A DNA stretch of 20,000 nt from Ancylonema sp. (lineage: Eukaryota), in contig JBFLGF010000050.1 in assembly GCA_050230475.1 (NCBI GenBank), positions 59,418 through 79,417 of the forward strand, given 5' to 3'. Below the pieces are notes generated by a model that was given only the letters and a program-made list of their open reading frames with translations, searched no databases and was not told where the DNA came from. The translations under genes and the position numbers were made by a program. This document shows positions 10,880 to 20,000 of the stretch, one piece after another. Numbering within the stretch: the first letter of the stretch is position 1; every line of letters begins with the position of its first letter.

Positions 10880-10893
10880 ATCCCCCTCTCTTT
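10880..10893 (-). promoter_or_regulatory. Polypurine tract of element B; 3' LTR begins TGAAG at 10879 on the - strand
   Basis: - strand reads AAAGAGAGGGGGAT|TGAAGTATAG about 85-100 nt after the pol stop. Confidence 0.8.
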
Positions 10894-10975
10894 ACTACAA
10901 GTTAAATTCCCAATGCCCCTATGCTTTGTTTATTTTATTTTCTTCCTCTTTATCCTCCACCACAAGTCTAGCACT

Positions 10976-11788
10976 CTACTCCCCTAGTGTTAATATCCCC
11001 ATGAGCTTCTTCCCCTCCTCAAGCACCCTAACCCCTACGTGCTTGGTCAACTGATCCGCCGCCATTTCCTTTGTAGGCACAAACACCAAATCCACCTCTC
11101 AACTCTCGACCTTCTCTCGCACATAGTAAGAATTGGTCCCGATATGTTTGCTTCTCTTGTAAAACACCGGGTTCTTTGCAATCTTCATCGCCGACTGGTT
11201 GTCACAAAGAAGCAACACTTTCTCACTCCCAGTCCCCATCTCCCGTTGGTACATTCCAAAGTAGACCCCCTCGTGTACCGCATATGACGTTGCCATATAC
11301 TCGGACTCCGTAGAGCTCAACGCCACCACCTCCTGTAACTTGCTACCCCACGAGATAACCGCCCCACCACTCATAAAGAAATAACCTGAAAGCCCCCTCT
11401 TGGTCTCGATATCGCTCCCATAGCTCGCATCGGTGTATCCCCACACCTCTACCTCCTCACCCTTCCCATATTATAACGCCTCATCAATGGTCCCCACCAA
11501 GTACCTCACGACCCTCTTTGCCGCGTCCCAATGCTCCACCCCCGGATTCTGAAAGAAGCGGCTAAGTGTGGAGACCGCCCTGGCGAGGTCCGGACGAGTC
11601 CAAACCGCCAAGTACATAAGACTCCAGATGAAGTTGTGGTACGGGTAGCGCGCCATATCCCTCTCCTCCTCCTCCGTCTCGGGGGAATCCTCCATTCCCA
11701 AGACCACTCCCGACTCAAAGGGGATGGGCACCACCTTCCCTCCCTCCAAGCCGTACTTCCGCACCAAGTCCTCCACATACTTGCGTTG
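10976..11788 (-). pseudogene. Element B pol, downstream part: RT-RH connection and RNase H (Ty1/copia), disrupted
   Basis: QRKYVEDL...SLMYLAVWTRPDL...HWDAAKRVVRYL; GYTDASY...VALSSTESEY...CDNQSAMKIAKNPVFYKRSKHI...MAADQLTK; terminal TAG at 10978-10976. Confidence 0.95.
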
Positions 11789-12302
11789 TGTTAGGAATTG
11801 AGTTCGGATAGGCACATTAATAACTTGTTTGCTTTGTCCGGCTAAATTGCCTTAGAGTCTTTTAGGACACGGAGCCGGGAATGCTATACCCAGGTATTCG
11901 TCCGCACACGGCACGTCCACACTTGCACGGACGTGACCAAGCTAGTAGTCGTTGTAGAATGCTAGGCGGTGTCACCACCCCATTAGCTGGATTTGTGTGG
12001 TGACTATCGAGTCCGGCAGGTTGCCGTGGACACACGTGCGGTAGCACGACGGCGGTCGATAGTTCCGACCGTCGGTTAGAAAAGTGTTCAGTAATGATCG
12101 TACCGTTGTCGCCTCGTCGGGTACATTAGCCCGACGAGAATGCTTTTCTAAATACATTTCACAATCATACCAAAACGCTGTTGCTTTACCGTACAGTTTA
12201 AGTTTCGTGTATTGCTACCGTTTCTCATTGTAAAGTATTGTTTGTCGTGTATTGTAAAGCAGTGAACTTGTGCGCTACCGTGTTAAGTGACAACTCGTTT
12301 TA
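11789..12302 (+). repeat. 5' LTR of element A (514 bp, TG...TA)
   Basis: Aligns to 17811-18281 with about 16 substitutions (counted by eye), one 41-bp indel (12201-12241) and two 1-bp indels. Confidence 0.95.
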
Positions 12303-12315
12303 GGTTATGGGCCCA
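12303..12315 (+). promoter_or_regulatory. Primer-binding site, half-tRNAiMet type (GGTTATGGGCCCA)
   Basis: Abuts the 5' LTR end. Matches the PBS known from Drosophila copia/Osser-type elements, which is complementary to an internal region of initiator tRNA-Met rather than its 3' CCA end. Confidence 0.88.
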
Positions 12316-12569
12316 CATATTGTCTAGGACATCTGATCGGTCGGATCCTACAGATTTCCACGATTTCACGCGCAGGCAAAGTTGCTCTGGAAATCAAGGT
12401 AAATTGTGCCTAATTGTTAGGGCAATTAGATCCGGAATTGCTAACGGCTACTATTTTCTGCATTGTGAGCTGAGAGCTTCGTGTTCCAAATTGCCGCCAA
12501 AGTTTTTGCTGCTAGAGCTATTAGCTGCTGCATATTTGTGTTGGAATTTGTGTATTAATCTTGGTGCAG

Positions 12570-15500
12570 ATGGCGGATAAGGCAATTATTCCCCAGTTCA
12601 CCGGAGCAGCATATTAGGGATGGGCCGTTAAGGTCAGGTTCGGCCTGATCGAGAAAGAGCTGCATCGATATGTCATCGACTTCAATGGGAGGCCGAGAAT
12701 ACCTCGCCCAGCTGTTATCGAGCCGCTGACTCAGGCAGCAGTCGAGTCATTGATTGGTGATGCTGCAGCTAGAAAAGCTGCTGCCAACACACCAACAAAT
12801 GTCGATGCAATGTACTTGTTGAGGGATGCACAGGACTTAAAGCAGGCCTACATTGTTAGGTTCTTAGGTCCGTCTGAGCAGGTCCATGTTAGGGACTGTA
12901 ATTACGCTTTTGAAATGTGGAACAACCTTGCATCTTTTAATGAAGTCCAAGGCGCTATTAAAGTAGCTAATGCCCTGGCTAAACTAAGTGCTACGGTAAT
13001 GGCTGAGGCAGAAGACTTACAAGAGTTTGTCAAACGCCTGGAGGTCATCCATCGAGAGCTTGCGCACCTAGGGAAGCCAGTCAGCGAAGCAGACCAGGCG
13101 ACGAACTTAATCAACTGCCTCAGCTCCCGCTACGACTCCATGGTGGAGGTCGTTCAGAGCTGGGCAGAGTCTTCTCCGACCCTCTACACAATCCCCCACA
13201 TCAACCTCGGCTCTACACCGCAAAGACAAGCTCATCGTCAGCGCGCGGAAGCGTGGCGAGCCTCTCGACGGCCCACAAGCCCACTATGGCGGATCTGGCG
13301 GAGCCGGACCTAGCGGCAGGCCCCAAGGGCCAGACTTTTTCAGCAACGTGCGGTGCCACAGTTGCCAGCAGTTCGGCCACTATCGCAATAACTGTCCGAA
13401 CGGAGATGGAGGTGGCCAGGCTCGAGGAGCTGGACCTCAGAAGAAATGCCACAACTGCAATGCGCCAGGCCACCTCATGCGAGACTGCCGACGACCACTG
13501 CGGCACGATAGCCCGCTGTCAGGGGGGCAGGGACGACATCAAGGAGGGCAGCAGCAGTACGGTGGAGGACGTGGCGGAGGCCAGCAGTATGGGAAAACTC
13601 GGCAGCAAGGAGGACAACAGCAGTAGAATGCCCTGTCGTGTACCTACTGCAAGCGACCGTGACCTGGGCATGAGCATGAAGCCTGCACTGTGATGAGGCA
13701 GGATGCTGCTAGCCAAGTAAGATGGGTGAATTTTACAGGAGTGCAGAGCTTAGAAAAAGCTGCACTCGACTTCGAGGGAGGGGTAGGAGAGGGGCATTTT
13801 GGGATGGCAATATTTCCGAATAGCAGTCAGGTGCTGTCGGCATCGCAGGAGGGACAATATCTGATCCTGGACACAGGGGCCACGGACCACGTCTTTCCTC
13901 GACGCGACCAGTTCCATTCCTACGACTCCAATGTCCCCCTCAGCTGCAGCTTCGTCAGAACAGCTGACAACAGACCTCATCAGGTCATGGGAATTGGGAT
14001 CGTCGCAATCCAGGTGACCTGCGGAGGAGTCAGAAAATTATACTTTGGGCTGCGGTCGCTGCATCTGCCATCGCTGGGCCAGACCCTCGTCTCCGTCAAC
14101 AAGCTCAACAAGGGAGCTCAAATCGGCTTCAATCTCAGTGAGAGTGGGGTGCCATCTCTGTTGGGGGGTGAAAAGTGGGCAGATGTTATGAAAACCAGTT
14201 CAGGGTTACTCTTGCTTTCTGCGCATGTCGTTCATCTCCCACCTACAGCTTCAAAGCCATTGGTGGCACTGACCACGTCTACTGGCATGCTCTGGCACAT
14301 CAGACTGGGTCATCCGGGTCTTTATGCCATGCCAGATATGTCTAGAAGTGGCGATATACCGAGACGAACTGTAGAGGAAGTCGAGCAGGTTAAGAACTGT
14401 CAGATCTGTAGCCAAGGCAAGATGACTCAGCTGCCACACCGGTCGAGGTCGGACAGTGATGAGGATCTAGGTCATGCACATAAGATGGGAAGAATTCACT
14501 TGGATCTGGTAGGGCCTTTGGCTGTAATGTCAGCAAATGGGGGGTACCAGTATTTCCAGTCAGGGATAGAGGTCAGCACAAGAGTGTCTTTCGTGAGTCT
14601 GCTGAAGAAAAAGAGTGAGGCACTGGAAGTTATCAGGGAGTTGGTCCAGATGCTAGAGGTCGAGTCTGATTTACCGCTTAAGTCGATCAGGACTGACATG
14701 GGAGGGGAGTATGACTGACTCACATGAGTGGACTAAGTTTGCTAAGAGTAAAGGGTTTAAGCATGAGTTTGTCCGTACAGTCCTGAACAGAATGGGATAT
14801 GTGAACGGCTGAATAGAACCTTGCTAGAGAAGATGAGATGCCTGCTGCTGTGGAGTGGACTACCTAAGTCTTATTGGGATGTTGCTGTGTTGCATGCAGG
14901 CTCAAATAGGACACCGACAGCAGCATTGGGGGGTGAAAAACCAAGTGAAATTTGGTCAAAGAAGAAGGATAGGTATCAGGACAGCCACACATTCGGGTGC
15001 CTGGTCCAGTATTTGAAGGTTGGTCACGATAAGGATCCTAAGAGTGCTAAGTTTGCATCTAGGACAGCTTTTGGGGTGTTTCTGGGGATGGCAGCTGGGC
15101 AAGCAGGGTTTAGGATTTTCGATCCCCTGCGAGCTGGTCTCATCGTGAGGACAGACGTGCGTTTCTACGACTCCGTGCCAGGCTACCCCCGATTGATGGG
15201 GCAGAAGGCGCGCAGCCACTTTCCCCTCCCTCATATGAGCAGTTTTTCAAACTCTTCCCGATGTGAGGAAGATGATGACCCAGCAGCAACAGCCAAAACA
15301 CCAGGCCATGTACCAGCAGTCCCTACAGCCCATGTACCAGCCGTCCAGCCACACCAGCCAGAAACCATCGAGTTCTCGGAGTCAGGGGTCAATGATTTGG
15401 GGGTGCGAATGAGGAGGAAGAGGTGCAAGGAGGGGGTTATGAAGGAGTGGATGCTAAAGCGGGAGTGGAGGATCAGAGTATCGCAGATCGAGTGATGGCC

Positions 15501-17249
15501 AGGCGTCGGGTAAACTTTGCTGAGTTTGGGGATGTATGTTGATGTGATGGGGAAGAGTGAGATAAGGATGTCATTGACGCTATTGCATGTGGGCAGATGC
15601 CTGTTGACAACTTTGAGCCTTCCTGTTTTTTCACGGGTTTTAATGGGCAGTTGATCTAGGTTTATGTTCTTGCTAGCCAGACAGCTAACTCTTCTGACCC
15701 ACTCACCCTTAACCAAGCAAAGAAACGACCTGCCGGCAGCAGTGGGAGGTACTATTCAGACTGAGTTGCAGTCGCTGAAAGATTTCCAGACCTTCGAAGT
15801 GTGTGTGCTTCCACCTGGAAAACGGTCTGTTGGCTGTAAGTACGTCTTCAAACTCAAACTCTTGCCTTCTGGTGAGATCGAGAGGCATAGAGTCATAGAC
15901 TGGTAGCTCAGGGATTTCTGCAGCAAGAGGGTCTCGACTATAACGAGGTTTTTGCACCTGTCGTAGATAGCACTTCCATTTCCTTGCTGCTTGCGATAGC
16001 TAACCAGAATGACTGGGAAATTGAGGGTATGGACGTAGTGACTGCATTTTTTCATGGTCGGTTAGAGGAAGAGGTTTACATGACGATTCCCCCGTATGAA
16101 AATCCTAGGTGGTAGTGAGGGAAAGGTGTTAAGAGTGCGAGGTGCCCTATATGGTCTTAAACAGAGTAGCCACGTCTGGGCTAAGATGTTTAGTGAGTTC
16201 ATGCTGAAAGTGGGGTTCCAACAGTCTATTATGGACACTTGTATATATACCAGGGGTGGGGTCAGAGCTGAATTATTTTGGGTATTCATGTAGATGATCA
16301 GGTCTTGTAGGTCCTAATAAGAAGGTCATTGCTGAGTTCAAGAAGGAGTTAGGGTCAGCTTTCAAAATGAAAGACTTAGGTCCCCTAACCCACATCCTGG
16401 GGGCGGAAGTGAGACGTGACAGGGGGTGCAGGATGTTAACGCTTTTTCAGGGCGGGTACGTGCGGCAAGTGCTGGATCGGTATGGTATGGGGGATTGTAA
16501 CCCAACCAAACTTCCCCTTGACCCTGGAACCCAATTCTCCCTAAGTGATGAACCCTATTTCCCCCCTTCCCCTGAAATTATCACAGACTTTAGAGGGAAG
16601 ATAGGAAGTTTAATCTATGCCTATGAAACACACCAGGTTAGACATTGCGTACACCGTAGGGGTGGTAGCAAAACACATGTCCAACCCTGGTCCTAATCAT
16701 ATCAAGGCACTTCACCACCTCTTCCGCTATCTAAAGGGTACTCAGGATCACGGTCTCACGTTTGTAGGCAAGAAACGTTTGGAAATAAAGGGCTTTTGTG
16801 ATGCGAGGTACAACAGTTGCCCTATGACAGCTAAGTCAGTCACAGGATGGGTCACCACAGTAGGAGGGACAGCCTTCAGCTGGAAGAGTCAAAAACAAAC
16901 CACCGTGGCACAAAGTACGGCAGATGCAGAGTATATTGCAGCATGTAGTGTCAATAAAGAGTGCTGCTACCTTAAGTCACTACTCCATGAGCTTAAGATG
17001 CCAGTCCAGATTACTGCTCATACTGACTCAAACTCAGCCTTGTCCATGATCATCAACCCTGTCCAACGCTAGAAAGCCAAACACATTAACGTGGTCTATC
17101 ATTGGGTCAGGGAGTGCCACAGAAAGGGTCGACTGCGATATGTACATCTTAGTGGGGAATTACAGCCAGCAGATATGTTGACTAAGGCCTTGCCTCAACT
17201 CTTGCTAGATAGGCATACGAAGTTTGTAGGTTTTGGAAAAGTAAAATAA
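12570..17249 (+). pseudogene. Disrupted copia gag-pol polyprotein of element A
   Basis: Gag N-terminus MADKAIIPQFTGAAY*GWAVKVRFGL; zinc knuckles at 13354, 13447, 13639; protease LILDTGATDH (~13861-13890); WHIRLGHPG and CQICSQGK; integrase core IHLDLVGP / IRTDMGGEY / NGICERLNRTLLEKMRCLL; RT motifs VGCKYVFKLK, MDVVTAF, ALYGLKQS, IHVDD (16287-16298), FKMKDLG; RNase H GFCDA, STADAEY, HTDSNSA, QPADMLTKAL; stop at 17247-17249. Several premature stops (e.g. 12615, 13624, 13660, 17070) and frameshifts. Confidence 0.95.
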
Positions 17250-17800
17250 ACAGGTGGTGCTGAGCTTTCGGATCCACTGCCTGGTCTGGCTGGGGGTGAT
17301 TTATGTGATACAGAGTGGAGGACTACTATCGTTTTTTAAAGCTGAGTCCTTTCCAACTCTCAAACCTTGAAATGTTTTTAGTCCAGAAAAGTGTAAAATC
17401 TGAAAACTGAACTTTTGCATCTGAACTTGCTTCAAGCTGAATTTTCACATGTATATTGATATTGCCTTTGTGAGTGTTGTGTCAAAGTATGAGAGTGATT
17501 TGTTATGTTTTAAAGAAGTTTTGCAAGTTTAAATTTTCTGACTCAAAACTCGAAAGTGAAAAATGAACTTTTATGTTTTTGTTTGTCGACTAACTTGTTG
17601 TTTTTGTTTGTATGTTCAGGGCTTCGGCCCGAAAAACGACAAGGAGCGGGAGCGCTTCAAGTTCAAGCGTGATGACGTGATGATTTGAGATGACATAGAT
17701 AGGAGCCCCTAGTGATTATATTTGAAAGGACCAACTACCCAGCTACATTGTAGGGTAGTCCTCTTTTGCAATAGACAATGCCAAACAAGGCTGTGCATCC

Positions 17801-17810
17801 GAGGGGGTGT
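17801..17810 (+). promoter_or_regulatory. Polypurine tract of element A
   Basis: GAGGGGGTGT directly before the TG of the 3' LTR. Confidence 0.85.
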
Positions 17811-18281
17811 TGTTAGGAATTGAGTTCGGATAGGCACATTAATAACTTCTTTGCTATGTCCGGCTAAATTGCCTTAGAGTCTTTTAGGACACGGAGCCGG
17901 GAATGCTATACCCGGGCATCCGTCCGCACACGGCACGTCCACACTTGCACGGACGTGACCAAGCTAGTAATCGTTGTAGGATGCTAGGCGGTGTCACCAC
18001 CCCATTAGCTGGATTTGTGTGGTGACAGTCGAGTCCGGCAGGTTGCCGTGGACATACGTGCGCTAGCACGACGGCGGTCGATAGTTCCGACCGTCGGTTA
18101 GAAAAGTGTTCGGTAATCATTGTACCGTTGTCGCCTCGTCGGGTACATTAGCCCGACGAGAATGCTTTTCTAAATACATTTCACAATCATACCAAAACGC
18201 TATTGCTTTACCGTACAGTTTATTGTCGTGTATTGAAAGCAGTGAACTTGTCGCTACCGTGTTAAGTGACAAATCGTTTTA
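17811..18281 (+). repeat. 3' LTR of element A (471 bp, TG...TA)
   Basis: Direct repeat of 11789-12302, immediately preceded by GAGGGGGTGT. Confidence 0.95.
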
Positions 18282-19551
18282 GGTTGCCCAAGGAACACCC
18301 CACCATCAACACCCCGAGTGATCTCGATCCCGAGAAGGAAAATCGCCTTACCCAAATCCTTCATCTTGAAGTGTTCCCGCAACCTCTCTTTGACCTCCTC
18401 GAGTGCTTCCTCACTCTTCTACATGAGTTTAAGGTCATCCACGTAGAGACAGATAAAACATCCTCTTGTCTCCTACCTCCACAACATACACCCCGTGATC
18501 CGAATCGAACTTCTCAAACCCCATCGAGACTAAGACCCCGTCTATAATCTGGTTCCACATCCGGGGTGCCTGCTTCAAGTTGTACATGCACTTTCAAAGT
18601 CGCCACACTCTCCCCTTCTCACCGAACCCCGGCGCCCCCTCCAAAATCTCGACACACACCTCCTCCTCTAAGTTTGCGTAGAGGAATGCCGTACTCACGT
18701 CCATCTGATCGAGCTCCGAGTCATCACTGGCCCCGAAAGCAATGAGCGCCCGAATGCTCTCGTGACGAATTGTAGGGGCAAATTTCTCTTTGTAATCCAC
18801 CCCTTCCATCTGATTGAAGCCCCTAGCAACTACCCTTGCCTTGACCTTCTCTACGTTCCCCTCCTTATCCCTCTTTATGCGCAACACCCACTTCATACTT
18901 ATGACTCGCTTTCCATTGGGTCTTTCGACCTCTTCATAGACCCCGTTCTCCTTTAAACTCCCTAACTCTAAATCTAATGCCTCCCTCCATTCCTTTCGCT
19001 CTGGCCCAGCAAGCGCCTCAGTAACCGTGACAGGACAAACAAGGTCCACGACTGCAAAATAAGAGTATGTAAACCTGAGTGGCGGCCCCCGCTGCCTACC
19101 AGAACGCCTAGGCTCTAGGGCCTAGGCTCGCTGCCCAGATTCCGGTGCCTGGTCCCCAAGCCCCATACCCCCGGCCCCTCATCCCCTGCCTTGACCCCGA
19201 AAGATCCCTTGTAAACCCACATCCCGTCGCAGACATTGGAAACCCCCGTCGTCGTCGTCGTCATCATCATCAGAAGCTCCAGTTTCGTCGTCTTCCCCCT
19301 CGTCATTAGTGTTGTCGGTGACTAGACTGGGCGCATCATCATCATCGTCCTCGTCGTCATCATCACTATCCCTACCCCTACCTGCAGGGGGTTGGGCCCC
19401 GTCCCCACCCGCACGGGGAAGGGGTGGGGGAGGGGGAGGGGGAGGGGTTGGGTCAGCGCCTGCGCCTGCGCCAAAATCTGCCGCCCACTAAGGAATCTCC
19501 ACCAGTTCTGCTACGTACTCACCCGTGAGCACCTGCTCCCTCCACCAGCCC
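18282..19551 (-). pseudogene. Element B pol, upstream part: IN-RT linker and reverse transcriptase (Ty1/copia), disrupted
   Basis: Pro-rich and Asp/Glu-rich linker, EPRRSGRQR motif, then ISMKWVLRIK...VKARVVARGFNQMEGVDY...QMDVSTAFLYANLEEEV...YNLKQAPRMW, YVDD at 18445->18434, FKMKDLG. Stops and frameshifts present. Interrupted at 19552 by LTR C and at 18281 by element A. Confidence 0.95.
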
Positions 19552-20000
19552 TGTTAAGACCCTCGCTACAGTTATAAGGGTTCCCTAGCGAGGTCCCCAC
19601 ACGTAGCGCTAGGGCGCTACCAGATCATATTTCCCTATAGCGAGTTTTCCCCCATTATAATGAGACTTGTATCCCTAGCGGCCGCCAAGCCCCTAGGGAG
19701 TATTATGTTGTGTCCTTAGCCATGGCAGTTGTGCCTTTAGCCAGATTTTTTTGTGTACTTAGCCGCCGTTGATTTAGTTATCCCACATTGTTCCTAGAGT
19801 CGGCTAGGGCCGACTTTCCTATATCTAGCCGATAGGAATGCCTCTAGGGCATTCCTATCAACTCATGTACTTGCGCCTTTCATTTGCCTACCATACAACC
19901 AAACTATCAACCATCGGCTCATTTCACCATCCTTCATTGTCTCATTCCGTCTTCCTATTGTGTGTGCACTTGCAACTTAGTTTGCTAGGGGTTCATTGCA
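19552..20000 (+). mobile_element. Family C LTR inserted into element B pol (runs off the window end)
   Basis: TGTTAAGACCCTCGCTA... is colinear with 3624-4040. By comparison the LTR end should lie about 15 nt past 20000. Expected TSD AGCCC (19547-19551). Confidence 0.9.

Larger units (their letters stand above)
11789..18281 (+). mobile_element. Full-length, degenerate Ty1/copia LTR retrotransposon (element A)
   Basis: Direct repeats 11789-12302 and 17811-18281 both start TGTTAGGAATTG and end ...CGTTTTA. PBS follows the 5' LTR; PPT precedes the 3' LTR. Domain order gag-PR-IN-RT-RH is the copia order. Flanks CGTTG (11784-11788) / GGTTG (18282-18286), and host pol reads on across the insertion. 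Confidence 0.97.

Noticed and set aside
11862..12157. Antisense ORFs duplicated at 17884-18120
   Set aside because: They lie within A's LTRs; the duplication is just LTR identity and start codons differ between copies.
13213..13716. Alternative-frame and antisense ORFs over gag/pol (e.g. 13253-13693 +, 13213-13506 -)
   Set aside because: Shadow ORFs of GC-rich retrotransposon coding sequence; the true frame is fixed by the zinc knuckle and pol motifs.
17250..17800. Possible env-like or extra ORF between pol and the 3' LTR
   Set aside because: No ORF of 60 aa or more; AT-rich and intron-like.
1..20000. CRISPR array, rRNA/tRNA genes, prokaryotic operon or defence system
   Set aside because: No regularly spaced repeats, no recognisable structural RNA gene and no gene-dense architecture; the content is eukaryotic retroelement DNA.

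Overview
Eukaryotic, repeat-rich DNA, most likely from a streptophyte/land plant (it holds an intron-containing FBL3-like F-box/LRR gene fragment); no intact gene is present. (1) A complete but decayed Ty1/copia LTR retrotransposon (element A, + strand, 11789-18281) has TG...TA LTRs, a half-tRNAiMet-type PBS (GGTTATGGGCCCA), a three-knuckle Gag and an HVDD reverse transcriptase. (2) A is inserted, with a near-perfect 5-bp TSD, into pol of a second, - strand copia element (B; pol remnants 19551->10976, PPT at ~10880-10893). (3) A ~430-bp LTR family (C) occurs three times: a solo LTR with TSD at 3624-4055, a truncated copy at 7761-7855, and a copy inserted into B from 19552. (4) A multi-kb non-coding repeat (Y) occurs as inverted copies (~547-4455 vs 7850-10879; 1-270 vs ~6382-6671) and may be an unusually long LTR of B. 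(5) The F-box/LRR pseudogene fragment (- strand, 7760->6977) is cut off by LTR C and a microhomology-bounded junction. The most testable new ideas are a splice-generated Gag-only mRNA in A and a giant (3-6 kb) LTR for B. All family assignments come from motif recognition by eye; no database search was run.
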